Source: Sedimentisphaerales bacterium
GTDB taxonomy: Bacteria > Planctomycetota > Phycisphaerae > Sedimentisphaerales > SM23-30
DNA: 64,000 nucleotides
Direction: 5' to 3'
Assembly: GCA_963663805.2 (NCBI GenBank)
Contig: CAXXMR010000012.1
Coordinates: forward strand, 416,001-480,000
The position numbers and the translations under genes were made by a program. The notes beneath the pieces are model-generated. The model saw nothing but the letters and a program-made list of their open reading frames with translations. It ran no database searches and was not told where the DNA came from. Within the stretch, counting starts at the first letter, position 1. Each line of letters opens with the position of its first letter. This document shows, piece after piece, positions 37,443-47,720 of the stretch.

Positions 37443-38273
37443 ATGGAATTGGTGATGCTTAACGATGAGATTATGCCGCTGGGTGATGCCAAGATTAGTG
37501 CTCATGACCGCAGTGTCTATTTTGGTGACGGGGTTTATGAGGTAATCCGAGCAATTAATGGGGAATTGTTTGAGATGGAACGTCATATGGACCGGTTTCG
37601 TTACAGTCTGGAACAGATGGATATGCTGGAGAAGGTTGATCTGGAGCAGATTCGCGGGCGGGTTGCGCGGGCGTTGGCGGAGTCGGGGCTGGCGAATTCG
37701 GCGGTCTATTTTCAGATAAGTCGGGGCGAGGCGGTGCGGTCACATGATTATCCGAGCGACTGGCGGCCTAATTTTCTGCTGTCGGTGCGTGGGGTGGAGA
37801 AACGGAAGTCGGATACGATTACGGCGATTACTCACGCGGACTGGCGGTGGAAACGGTGCGATATAAAGTCGCTGAATCTGCTGGCGAATATTATGGCTAA
37901 GCACGCGGCGACATCCAGAGGCAAAGGCGAGTCGATTCTGGTTGACGAAAATCAGATCGTTACAGAGGCGACGAGTTCTTCGGTTTTGCTGTTGCGGGGG
38001 AATGAATTGTATACGGCACCGCTTACGGCGAATATATTGCGAGGTATTACGCGGGAGCTGCTGCTGGAATGGGCCAGCGGGATTGGGCTTACGGTTAAGG
38101 AAGAATCGTTTCCGCTGAGCGCGGCGTTTGAGGCTGATGAGCTGATGGTTACGGGTACGAGTACGGAAGTTAAAGCAGTGGTGGAACTGGACGGCAATCA
38201 AATCAGCGATGGTCAGGTTGGTAAATATACGCGTAAGTTCCAGGGGCTATTGACTGAGGCTTTGTATGGGTAA
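37443..38273 (+). CDS. Class IV PLP aminotransferase (D-alanine aminotransferase-like)
   Basis: DRSVYFGDGVYE, RCDIKSLNLL, ILRGITR motifs. Confidence 0.9.
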   Translation: MELVMLNDEIMPLGDAKISAHDRSVYFGDGVYEVIRAINGELFEMERHMDRFRYSLEQMDMLEKVDLEQIRGRVARALAESGLANSAVYFQISRGEAVRSHDYPSDWRPNFLLSVRGVEKRKSDTITAITHADWRWKRCDIKSLNLLANIMAKHAATSRGKGESILVDENQIVTEATSSSVLLLRGNELYTAPLTANILRGITRELLLEWASGIGLTVKEESFPLSAAFEADELMVTGTSTEVKAVVELDGNQISDGQVGKYTRKFQGLLTEALYG

Positions 38274-40074
38274 TGTAACGGTAAATCTGCCGCGTGATTA
38301 TCGTCAGCGTAAAGCCAACCTTAAACCGGCGAGTGCGTGGCTACTCACGTTTTTGACGATGCTGGGCCTGACGGTTATTCAGGAGCCGGTCGGTTTGAGC
38401 TGGCTGGGCTGGGTGGTACTGGTTCCGTGGGTAGTGGGTACGGTTGGTCGTTCGAGCGGCGGGCGGACGGCGGTGATGAACTGGCTATTGGGGACGGTGT
38501 ATTTTCTGGGGAATCTGTACTGGCTAAGCTGGGTGACTTTGGCGGGGTATATTGGGCTGGGGATTTATCTGGGGTTTTATTTCGTGTTGGGCGGTTTTGT
38601 GCTGCGTCAGGTTTATCTGCGAAAGCGCTGGCCTTTTACTTTGGTGCTGCCTCTGCTGTTGGTGTCCCTTGAATATTTACGCGGGACAGTTATGACGGGT
38701 TTTCCGTGGCTGTTTATGTCACATAGTCAGCATGAGCATTTGAAGCTGATTCAGATTGCTGACTGCTGCGGGGCTTATGGGGTTACGTTTATTTTAGCGA
38801 TGGTGAACGGGTTCATCGCGGATTTGCTGCTGCGTCCTTTGAGTTGGCAGCCGGGATTGAAGCGTAAGCCGATGGGGATTTTTACGCTGGCGGTTTTGAC
38901 CGCGGGGGCGGTTGCGGGTACTTATTATTACGGCGGCTATCGACTGGAAGAATCGGCGGGGCATTTTCAGGAAGGGCCGACGGTGGCGGTGGTGCAGGAT
39001 TCGGTGCCGATTCTGGTGCATGACATAGCTTTGGGGGATGAGGAGATTTTTTCGCGTCACGCGGAGCTGAGTCGGCAGGCGGGGGCGGGGGAAGTGAAAC
39101 CGGAGCTGGTTGTCTGGCCGGAATCGATGGTGGGTACGGCGATTAATGATGAATATTTGAAACTGCCGGAGACCTATAGCGATTACAACTTCGCGGAGAA
39201 TCAGGCGTTTGGCCTTAGTACGATGTTTGATGGGGCACTTCGTGAGCTGGCGAAAGAGGGTGCGGCGATTTTGGTGGGGGCTCCTTCGTGGGAGATGAAT
39301 GAGGTCGAAATCAGTGACACCGAGAAGGCATTGGACCGGACGTGGCAGGGGAACGGGGCTTATTTGTACTTGGCGGACGGGACAAAATTTGCGGAGCGTT
39401 ATGACAAGATGCATCTGGTTCCGTTTGGCGAGGTGGTTCCGTTCAAAAAATCTTTTCCGGCGCTGCATGATTTATTGAATCGTTTAACCCCTTATGATTT
39501 TGAATATACTCTCGACGCGGGCGAACAAGCCACGGTTTTTGAGTACACAAACAATAAGGGACAGCAAAGGCGATTTGCGGTCGCTATTTGTTACGAAGAT
39601 GTGGTAGCAGAGGTGCCGCGGCAGTTGTCGGTTGCGAGCGGTGAAAAGCGGGTGGATTTTCTTTTGAATATCAGTAATGACGGTTGGTTTGTGCGGGGCG
39701 AGTTGGGCGAGATAAAGCCGAGTACGGAGAATATTCAGCATTATGTGATTTGCAAGTTTCGGGCGGTTGAGAACCGGATTAGTATTGTGCGGGCAGTTAA
39801 TACAGGGATAAGCGGTTTTATTCGTTCGGATGGTTACGGGCAGTTTGGCAAGATGGCGGGGACACTGGCTGATGAGCCGCGAGAGCGGGCGGGGCAGAGT
39901 GGCTATCTGGTGGACCGGGTGACGCTGGATGGGCGGGTGAGTTTTTACAGTCGATGGGGAAATGTTTTCGCGATTCTGTGTACGGTGATTACGGGGCTTG
40001 CGGCGCTGAGGGCCATGGGGGGGGAGAAAGTAAAAACCCGGCAATTGTTCACCTCGATTTCGTCCCTTTGGTGA
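38266..40074 (+). CDS. lnt: Apolipoprotein N-acyltransferase
   Basis: TM N-terminus, GFPW, VWPES, YDKMHLVPFGE, ICYED, SNDGWF, RAVENR, NTGIS. Confidence 0.95.
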   Translation: MGNVTVNLPRDYRQRKANLKPASAWLLTFLTMLGLTVIQEPVGLSWLGWVVLVPWVVGTVGRSSGGRTAVMNWLLGTVYFLGNLYWLSWVTLAGYIGLGIYLGFYFVLGGFVLRQVYLRKRWPFTLVLPLLLVSLEYLRGTVMTGFPWLFMSHSQHEHLKLIQIADCCGAYGVTFILAMVNGFIADLLLRPLSWQPGLKRKPMGIFTLAVLTAGAVAGTYYYGGYRLEESAGHFQEGPTVAVVQDSVPILVHDIALGDEEIFSRHAELSRQAGAGEVKPELVVWPESMVGTAINDEYLKLPETYSDYNFAENQAFGLSTMFDGALRELAKEGAAILVGAPSWEMNEVEISDTEKALDRTWQGNGAYLYLADGTKFAERYDKMHLVPFGEVVPFKKSFPALHDLLNRLTPYDFEYTLDAGEQATVFEYTNNKGQQRRFAVAICYEDVVAEVPRQLSVASGEKRVDFLLNISNDGWFVRGELGEIKPSTENIQHYVICKFRAVENRISIVRAVNTGISGFIRSDGYGQFGKMAGTLADEPRERAGQSGYLVDRVTLDGRVSFYSRWGNVFAILCTVITGLAALRAMGGEKVKTRQLFTSISSLW

Positions 40075-40172
40075 AAACGTAAGCGTTCACAATTGTTTCT
40101 GGCCCCTTCGGGGCTTAAGGTTACTTTTTGGCAATCATCCTAGGGCTCACATCCACTGTTACAAAAATTTAT

Positions 40173-41213
40173 TTAGCGATTTTTTATCATGTCGTAGCCG
40201 GACAGGATTGTTTGCTGGACGAATAGTTCTATGTTGCCGATGATAGCGTTCTGAGCGAGTTCGCTTTGGAGTTTTTCGCGGTACTTCATCCAGCGTTGGC
40301 GTTGGATTTTTTCTTTTATTTCAGACTGGACTTCCGGGAAGGAACGAACGGCGGCTTGCTGACGTTTGAGTAGTTTGGCGATGAAGTAATGGCCGGTCGC
40401 TTCGATGATGTCGGTGAAATCACCTACGGTTTTATCCTCAAGGGCGGTGACTATGGGGCGGTATTCTTCACGAAGTGATTCTGGTTTTAAGGGTCGCCAG
40501 ATTCCTGCGTTGTCTTTGTATATGCCCTGAGAGAATTTTCTTACAACTTCGGCGAAGTCGGTTCCCTGCTTGAGCTGTTCGAGGGCCTGGGCCGCTGTGT
40601 TTTTGGCATCGGCGGTATCGGCGGGGATGTCGATGAGCTGGAACTGGATTTCGGCTTCGAGGGCAAATTCGTCGCTCTGGTGCGTGCGATAATACTGAAG
40701 CATCTGGCTGCGGGTGATTTCCTGAGCGGGCAGAAAGTAAATCTGCTGATAGCTCATGACGATAAAGTCCTGCTTGAAAATTTTGAGCTGTTCTTCGAGG
40801 GTTGTTCCCTCACGAGCGAAATCTTCCTGCGCGAGCGCTTCGCTGCCGCCGTGGTCAGCGATGAGAACCTTACTCTGGCTATCGACGGCTCCCTTGATGG
40901 CGTTATCGAAACCCTCGTTGCGGGAAAATTGTTTCAGGGCGTATTGATAGAGTACCAGGTCCCGCAGGTGGGCCATGGTTGCCTGCGAAATAATTGGCAG
41001 GGCTTTTTGGGCGTAGGTCTGGAGGTCGTTTTCCTGAGCGAGGGGGCGGAGCTGGTCGATGACTGATTTGAGGACTTCTTCTGAGGTCAGGGCCCCGTCG
41101 TTGACCTGCAGGACAGCTCCGGTCATGCTCAACTGCCGAACGGGCTGAGCGATGAGGGTGCTGCATGCAAGCATCAGGGTTGCTATTGTTGCTAAAATAT
41201 TTTTTTGCGTCAC
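40173..41213 (-). CDS. Secreted parvulin-type peptidyl-prolyl isomerase (SurA/PrsA-like)
   Basis: Signal peptide, VNDGALT, GTDFAEVVRKFS, FPEVQSEIKEKI. Confidence 0.75.
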   Translation of the reverse strand: MTQKNILATIATLMLACSTLIAQPVRQLSMTGAVLQVNDGALTSEEVLKSVIDQLRPLAQENDLQTYAQKALPIISQATMAHLRDLVLYQYALKQFSRNEGFDNAIKGAVDSQSKVLIADHGGSEALAQEDFAREGTTLEEQLKIFKQDFIVMSYQQIYFLPAQEITRSQMLQYYRTHQSDEFALEAEIQFQLIDIPADTADAKNTAAQALEQLKQGTDFAEVVRKFSQGIYKDNAGIWRPLKPESLREEYRPIVTALEDKTVGDFTDIIEATGHYFIAKLLKRQQAAVRSFPEVQSEIKEKIQRQRWMKYREKLQSELAQNAIIGNIELFVQQTILSGYDMIKNR

Positions 41214-41284
41214 TTTTAATCTCCTTTTTTCGAGTCTGAATATTTTGGGTTATCATAGCACAGCTGGGCGGGGAAATAAAGCGT

Positions 41285-44200
41285 TTAGGCGGGCTCGCGG
41301 GCGAGAATTTTTCTCAGAACGGCCAGCAGGGTGGTTCGGCTTTGGAAATAATTGGGGCTAAGCCGCAAATGGACGGTGCGAGCATCGGGGCGACGGACGC
41401 TTCCAGCAGTTTGGGCGAAAAGTCGGTCTATGTCGGTTCGGTCGTCGAGATTGAAAACCAGGTCGGGCGGCTGTTCGACAATACTGCGTATTTTCCAGCG
41501 GGCGGCGAGTACGCGAATCTCGGCGAGCGAAAGCAAATCCGAAACGGAATCCGGTATTTTGCCGAAGAGGTCGATCAAATCTTTTTCGAGCTGTTCGAGG
41601 TCCTGAGAACTCTGGCAGGTGGCCAGACGGCGGTAGACATCGAGTCGCTGGCGGTCGGAACTAATGTAGCTGCGGGGGATATGGCAATCGAAATTCATTT
41701 CGAGGTGGGTAATCTGGCGGATGGGTTCGGGCTGACCCTGGCGACGACGAACGGCGGCGGCTAGTAGTTGGCAGTACATTTCGTAACCGACGGCGTCGAT
41801 GTGGCCTGACTGTTCGACGCCGAGGATGTTGCCGGCACCGCGGATTTCGAGGTCGCGCATGGCGATGCGGAACCCACTGCCGAGCTGGGAATATTCCTCG
41901 ATGGCTTTGAGGCGTTTTACGGCAGTGGGGTTGACCGGTCGGCGTTGGGGCAGGAGCATATAGGCATAGGCGCGGTTTTTATAGCGACCGACGCGTCCGC
42001 GTAACTGGTGGAGCTCGGCGAGTCCGAAACGGTCGGCGTCGTTGACGATAATGGTGTTGGCGTTGGGGATGTCCAGGCCTGACTCGATGATGGTGGTGCA
42101 GACGAGGATGTCGGCTTGTTTATTGACGAAGGTGAGCATTTTTTCTTCGAGTTCGCGGCGAGACATTTGGCCGTGGCCTACTACCATGCGGGCTTCGGGT
42201 ATTATGGTGCGGAGTTTGTCGGCCATGGACTGGATGGACTGGACGCGATTGTGGAGGAAGTAGGCCTGGCCTTGGCGGTTGAGCTCGCGGAGAAGTATTT
42301 CGCGGATGTGTTTTTCATCGTAGCGGCAGACTTCGGTAACGATGCTGCGTCGGTCCAGGGGCGGGGTTGTCAGGGAGCTGATGTCCCTGATTCCGAGCAG
42401 GGCCATGTGAAGGGTACGCGGAATGGGGGTAGCGGTCATGGTGAGGATATCGACGGTGGAGCGTATGCGTTTGAGGCGTTCTTTGTGTTCCACTCCGAAG
42501 CGTTGTTCTTCGTCGATGACTATCAGACCGAGGTCTTTGAAACTTACGTCTTCGCTGAGGATTCGATGGGTGCCGATGAGAATATCGACTTGTCCTTTGC
42601 GGGCGCGTTCGACGATATTTTTAGCTTCGCGGGCGGTTTTGAAGCGGCTGATACTCTCAACAATAAAGGGGAAGTCAGCGAGTCTTTCGGTAAAGGTACG
42701 GTAGTGCTGTTCGGCCAGTACGGTGGTGGGCACGAGTACGGCGACCTGCTTGCCGTATTCAACGGCCTTGAAGGCGGCGCGGATGGCGAGTTCGGTTTTG
42801 CCATAGCCGACATCGCCGCAGAGGAGGCGGTCCATGGGACGACGCTGCTGCATGTCCCCTTTTATAGCTTGTGAGGTTGTGACCTGGTCGTCGGTGGGTT
42901 CGTAGGGAAAGGCTTCTTCGAATTCCTGCTGCCAGATAGTATCGGCGGGGTAGCAGATACCCGATAGGGTTTGGCGCTGGGCCTGGATTTCGAGCAGTTC
43001 ACCGGCCATATCTTCGACAGCGACACTTACTTTTTGTTTTTGTTTTTCCCAGGACTTACTGCCGAGCTTGCTGAGTTTGGGGCGGAGTCGGGCGGAGCCG
43101 ACGTATTTATGCACCAAATCGATTTTGCCGGCAGGGACGTGGACGAGGGCATTGTCGGCGTATTCGATGGTAAGATATTCTTCTTTGGTCTGGTTTTTTT
43201 CGAGGACTTTTATGCCGCGATATTTTCCGATGCCGTGGGTGACGTGGACGACAAGGTCGTTTACTTCCAAGTCGGTGAAGGTGTCAATGGCCTGGGTGGT
43301 TTTGATGCGACGGATGCGGCGGCGGGTGAGGTGCTGGCCGAAAACTTCGTGATGACTGAGGACCATTAGCTGAGCGGCGGGCAGGGCGAAGCCCTGATGG
43401 ACGAAGCCTACGGGCAGATGGAAATTTTTGGGCAGGGTTTGCTTTTGGCGTCCCTTTTTTTTGTCGGCGGTGATGATTTCTTCAACGCGGAGGCGTTCGG
43501 CGGTGTTTTCGCAATAGAGAAAAACCTGTTGGCCGGCCTGGGCAGCCTGGGTTAATTCATTCAGGGCATCAATCTGGCGGTTTTCAAAACGCTGAAGCGA
43601 CTGGGCGGCAAGGTCGAAAGCCTGCTGGCAGCAATGACCGCAAAAGCGATTGACATACAGTGTGTCGAAATTTTGGGATTGGGCCAGGACAGATTCTACG
43701 GTGTATATGCCTCGTTCATCTTCGAGTCGGTCACGGAAGATTCGGCCCAGTTCGGTGATTTCGGAGGGTTCCTCAAAAATGAGGAGGGTGTCTTTGGGCA
43801 AATAATCGAAAAAGGTTGACTGCTGGTCTGTCGCCCCGCCTGACTTGCAACCGGCGAGGGCAATTTCACGGATGGATTGAGTGGAACGCTGGGTGTCGAT
43901 ATCGAAGAGGCGAATGGAATCTATCATATCGCCGAAGAATTCGATACGGATGGGCTGGTCTCGGCCGGGCGGAAAAATATCCACGATACCACCGCGGGCG
44001 GCACAGTCACCAACGACATCAACCTGGTCTATACGGTTATAGCCGGATTCGATGAGCCAATCGACAATACCGGCGGGGCCATTTGGGGGTTCGTCACCGA
44101 CTTTGAGTTTGAGGCTGTGTTCATGCAGGAAGGACCGGGCGGGGACACTCTGCATCAGGGCCTGCACCGACGCGGCAATCGCTATGCGTACGGGTTTATC

Positions 44201-44545
44201 GTAGGCGAGCATCTGGCACAAACGCAGTCGTTCGCCGGCGGTTTCGGAGGTTATTTCGGTGGTGCCGCGAGTAGTCTCCAGGGCGGGGAACAAATGGGTA
44301 TAGCGACCGAGAAAAGTTTCGAGGTCATCCTGAGCGGCGTCGGCATCAGGGACATGGGCGGTGACAAAAAGCAGGGGGCGTTGCAGAGTGTCCCCTAAAG
44401 ACGCGGCTAACATTCTTCCCAACGAACCCCAGTTTCCGAAGGCTTCGAGTTGATTGTTTTGGGTGGTTCGCGAAGAGAGGTTTTTAGCGATTCCTTCTAC
44501 CGTATCGGCGAGATACCCCAGCAATTCAACATCCTGTCGCTTCAT
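41285..44545 (-). CDS. mfd: Transcription-repair coupling factor
   Basis: RGGIVDIF, VVHVTHGIG, DRLLCGDVGYGKTE, DEEQRFGV, TATPIPRTL, HQLRGRVGR, DLEIRGAGN. Confidence 0.98.
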   Translation of the reverse strand: MKRQDVELLGYLADTVEGIAKNLSSRTTQNNQLEAFGNWGSLGRMLAASLGDTLQRPLLFVTAHVPDADAAQDDLETFLGRYTHLFPALETTRGTTEITSETAGERLRLCQMLAYDKPVRIAIAASVQALMQSVPARSFLHEHSLKLKVGDEPPNGPAGIVDWLIESGYNRIDQVDVVGDCAARGGIVDIFPPGRDQPIRIEFFGDMIDSIRLFDIDTQRSTQSIREIALAGCKSGGATDQQSTFFDYLPKDTLLIFEEPSEITELGRIFRDRLEDERGIYTVESVLAQSQNFDTLYVNRFCGHCCQQAFDLAAQSLQRFENRQIDALNELTQAAQAGQQVFLYCENTAERLRVEEIITADKKKGRQKQTLPKNFHLPVGFVHQGFALPAAQLMVLSHHEVFGQHLTRRRIRRIKTTQAIDTFTDLEVNDLVVHVTHGIGKYRGIKVLEKNQTKEEYLTIEYADNALVHVPAGKIDLVHKYVGSARLRPKLSKLGSKSWEKQKQKVSVAVEDMAGELLEIQAQRQTLSGICYPADTIWQQEFEEAFPYEPTDDQVTTSQAIKGDMQQRRPMDRLLCGDVGYGKTELAIRAAFKAVEYGKQVAVLVPTTVLAEQHYRTFTERLADFPFIVESISRFKTAREAKNIVERARKGQVDILIGTHRILSEDVSFKDLGLIVIDEEQRFGVEHKERLKRIRSTVDILTMTATPIPRTLHMALLGIRDISSLTTPPLDRRSIVTEVCRYDEKHIREILLRELNRQGQAYFLHNRVQSIQSMADKLRTIIPEARMVVGHGQMSRRELEEKMLTFVNKQADILVCTTIIESGLDIPNANTIIVNDADRFGLAELHQLRGRVGRYKNRAYAYMLLPQRRPVNPTAVKRLKAIEEYSQLGSGFRIAMRDLEIRGAGNILGVEQSGHIDAVGYEMYCQLLAAAVRRRQGQPEPIRQITHLEMNFDCHIPRSYISSDRQRLDVYRRLATCQSSQDLEQLEKDLIDLFGKIPDSVSDLLSLAEIRVLAARWKIRSIVEQPPDLVFNLDDRTDIDRLFAQTAGSVRRPDARTVHLRLSPNYFQSRTTLLAVLRKILAREPA

Positions 44546-44577
44546 ATTCTCAAGGCCTTAATGCCTGTGGGCAGCGA

Positions 44578-46314
44578 TTAATCCTTGCGGCTGACCTGTC
44601 GGAATTCGTCCAGTGAAACCAGTCCGTCGCGGAGCTTGCGGACGCCGTCTTCTCGTAAGGTCTGGAAAATCCAGTCGCCGGCGGCAACTCGCAACTGCTG
44701 GATAGAAGGTTTAGAGCATATAGCGTCGCGGACCTGGTCGTTTATGCTAAGCATTTCGAAGATGGCGGCGCGACCCTTATGGCCAATTCCGAGGCAGTCT
44801 TCACAACCAACAGGAGCGTAAAGATCGGTGCCGGCTATATTGTCCAGTCCCAGTTCGTTAAGGTCACGGACACTGGGTTTGAATTTCATTTTGCAACGTG
44901 GGCAAAGCGTTCTCAGCAATCTTTGGGACAGTACCGAACTTAACGCCGAGCCGAGCAGAAAGGGTTCCACACCTAAATCGAGCATACGGAAAACGCAGCC
45001 GATAGAATCACGCGCGTGTACGGTGCTCAAAACAAGATGGCCTGTCATGGCGGACTGGACGGCCATTCGAGCAGTTTCGGGGTCGCGCATCTCACCGATG
45101 AGAATGATGTCGGGGTCCTGCCGCAACAATGTTGAAAGCGCGGCGGCGAAGGTAATGTTATGTTTTGCGTCAACCTGAATCTGGGTTACGCTGTTGATTT
45201 TGTACTCGACAGGGTCTTCGACGGTAACGATATTTTTACTGTGACTGTTCATCTCGTGCAGCACGGCATAAACGGTTGTGGTTTTACCGCTGCCGGTTGG
45301 TCCGCAGACGACAATCATACTTGATTCGCGTGAGGTCTCGCGACGCACTTCCTGGAGGATGTATCCGTCCATACCGAGAGTTTCGAGACTCTGGGGGGCA
45401 AGTTCCTTGTCGAGAATACGCAGCACCATTTTATCGCCGAGCGTACTGGGCGCGACGGATACACGCAAATCGACACGGCGGTTGGGTAACTGCACGGCGA
45501 AACTGCCATCGACCATAATATGCTTTTTATTGATATCAACGTTGCACAACAACTTGACGATGGAGTACATACTTCGGGCGACTTCTATTTCCAGCGAGCC
45601 GGCAGTGTGGAGATAGCCGTCGATGCGATAGCGCAGGTCAAGTCGTTCCTCGCGTGGCTCGATGTGGATGTCGGTAGCTTTGAGCTGGAAGCTTTTGAGG
45701 ATTACCTGCTTCAAACGCAACATGGCTTCGGAGACTTCCGAAGCGTCTTTGTCACGAGCGTGGGCGGGTTTGCCGGCGTAGTTGAGGGGAATAATGTCGT
45801 TCAGGGTCAGGGGGCCGGCGGTATTGTAAACAATTGTTTCGGCGATTTTGAGCCTGCCGGCATCATTAAAACCGATGAGCTGGTCACTGAAAGTAATGGA
45901 TTCTGATACAGCCGTGGCGGCTTTTTCGCGGTCCCGCCGGGGGCGAGGGCGGCCCTGGGGGCGAACCTTGGCGGGTAAGGCGCTTTTCATGACGGGGAGT
46001 TTGGGCGCATCAGGGTCGATTTGTTTAGGGCTGACCCAGAAACGAATTACCGCTTTGCCGATACAGATTTCGTCGCCGTTCCGCATGGGGGTTGGTTCTT
46101 CTATGCGATGCCGGTTGAGCTCGGTTCCATTGCGACTTTGGAGGTCGAAAAGGACAAAACCGCTTTCGGCGCGTCCTATGCGACAATGCTGGCGCGAAGC
46201 GCGGGGGTCGCTGATAACGATATGGTTATCAGAGGTCCGGCCGATACTGACATCTTCGCCAATAACCTGAATGCGGCGCGGGGTTTTCTCGTCATATATG
46301 TCAAAAATCGGCAT
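44578..46314 (-). CDS. GspE/PilB-family secretion ATPase with N-terminal FHA domain
   Basis: FHA: IGR..SRQH..SRNGT; ATPase: TDIHIEP, GPTGSGKTTT, EDPVE, LRQDPD, TGHLVLST, CPRC/CEDC. Confidence 0.9.
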   Translation of the reverse strand: MPIFDIYDEKTPRRIQVIGEDVSIGRTSDNHIVISDPRASRQHCRIGRAESGFVLFDLQSRNGTELNRHRIEEPTPMRNGDEICIGKAVIRFWVSPKQIDPDAPKLPVMKSALPAKVRPQGRPRPRRDREKAATAVSESITFSDQLIGFNDAGRLKIAETIVYNTAGPLTLNDIIPLNYAGKPAHARDKDASEVSEAMLRLKQVILKSFQLKATDIHIEPREERLDLRYRIDGYLHTAGSLEIEVARSMYSIVKLLCNVDINKKHIMVDGSFAVQLPNRRVDLRVSVAPSTLGDKMVLRILDKELAPQSLETLGMDGYILQEVRRETSRESSMIVVCGPTGSGKTTTVYAVLHEMNSHSKNIVTVEDPVEYKINSVTQIQVDAKHNITFAAALSTLLRQDPDIILIGEMRDPETARMAVQSAMTGHLVLSTVHARDSIGCVFRMLDLGVEPFLLGSALSSVLSQRLLRTLCPRCKMKFKPSVRDLNELGLDNIAGTDLYAPVGCEDCLGIGHKGRAAIFEMLSINDQVRDAICSKPSIQQLRVAAGDWIFQTLREDGVRKLRDGLVSLDEFRQVSRKD

Positions 46315-46481
46315 AATTACCTTTTGATACTCCTGTGATACAGGAAATCACATCTAAAAGCTGACAACTCTTTATAATGACGGAAGTTGTCTGATTTGTC
46401 AAGCAACGTAAAACTCAGTCCCAGAGAGGTCGCTTCGGGCTTTTGTTGGAGTTTGGGTTAAATATGGCTGGTGGTGGTCGT

Positions 46482-46510
46482 ATCCGGCTGCTTATGCGGC
46501 TCGGCTTTTG
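46482..46510. repeat. REP-like dispersed intergenic repeat, copy 2
   Basis: ATCCGGCTGCTTATGCGGCTCGGCTTTTG. Confidence 0.65.
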
Positions 46511-46621
46511 CGTTCTGGTGACGAGGGCTAATCGCGGCACGCCCTGCAACGGTGTGATTTTTGTCACATCGTTACAGGGGTCACGGGTTTATAATTTTAA
46601 GTCTGTCCGGCTCGGCAGGCG

Positions 46622-47584
46622 TTAAAGTGCCGCCATAAACTGTAGTACTTTGTCGTCCCAGCGTGGTAATAGTTCGTGGCCATAGTCGGGGTAGATTACC
46701 AACTGTTTTTTGGAGGTAATTTTGTTGTAGGCGGCAAACTGGGTTGAGGGCGGACAGATGGTATCCTGTAAACTAACCGCCATCAGAACCTCGGCCTTGA
46801 TGCGGTTGGCCAGGAACTGCAAATCGATATAACCGAGCTGAGTGAAGATTTCGGTTTCGCGTTCGTGCAGCGGGTCATGCAGTCGGAAGAAAGTTTTGAG
46901 CTCTTCGTAGGCACGTTCGCACTGGTCGATGTCCCAGACTCGGCGGAAGTCGCACAAAAACGGAAAGGTCGGGGCCGCTCGTTTGATGCGAGGTTCAAGT
47001 GAGGCGCAGGCCAGGGTTAAAGCGCCGCCCTGACTGCCACCAAAAGCACCCACGCGGTTTTCGTCCACGTCATCCATGTCCATTACAATACCGGCTAGCT
47101 GGGCGGTGTCGAGGAACATGTGGCGGAAGAGCATATTTTCGGGTTTGTCATCAAGACCGCGGACGATGTGTCCGCGGAGGGTCGTGCCTTTGACGCCGCC
47201 GGTGTCCTCTGATAAACCGCCCTGACCACGACAATCGAGAGAGGCAATTGTATAGCCCATAGCAACATAGGGAAGTTTGCCAAACCAGTCACCGGAGTTG
47301 CCAGCATAGCCGTGGAACTGTACTAAACCAGGATGAGAAGGCTGAGCATTTTTGGGTTTTAAGAGTTTGGCGTGGAGGCGGGCGTCTCTTACGCTGGTGA
47401 AGAACATGTCATAGCACTCGGCAAAATCGATCTGGAATTCGGCTTTGCGTAGTTCGATTTTGGGGTCAACGGCCTTCATTTCAGCCAGGGCATCAGCCCA
47501 GTATTTATCATGGTCGGCGGGGCGGGGGTTGACTCCCTTATACTCGTACAATTTTTCCAGAGGCATATCAAATAACAAAGGCAT
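46622..47584 (-). CDS. Acetyl xylan esterase / cephalosporin-C deacetylase (CE7)
   Basis: FHGY, RGQ, GGSQGG nucleophile, DTICPPSTQFAAYN, YGHE; AGGAGA RBS before ATG 47584. Confidence 0.92.
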   Translation of the reverse strand: MPLLFDMPLEKLYEYKGVNPRPADHDKYWADALAEMKAVDPKIELRKAEFQIDFAECYDMFFTSVRDARLHAKLLKPKNAQPSHPGLVQFHGYAGNSGDWFGKLPYVAMGYTIASLDCRGQGGLSEDTGGVKGTTLRGHIVRGLDDKPENMLFRHMFLDTAQLAGIVMDMDDVDENRVGAFGGSQGGALTLACASLEPRIKRAAPTFPFLCDFRRVWDIDQCERAYEELKTFFRLHDPLHERETEIFTQLGYIDLQFLANRIKAEVLMAVSLQDTICPPSTQFAAYNKITSKKQLVIYPDYGHELLPRWDDKVLQFMAAL

Positions 47585-47720
47585 AAATAAATCTCCTAAC
47601 CCAGATAAACTGGAAATCCTAAGCACTAAATTCTAGATTTTAAACTCAAAATTCAACACAAACAACGGAAATATTTAACCGCGGATTACGCGGATTTTTA
47701 AGGTACTGAAACAAATTTAG

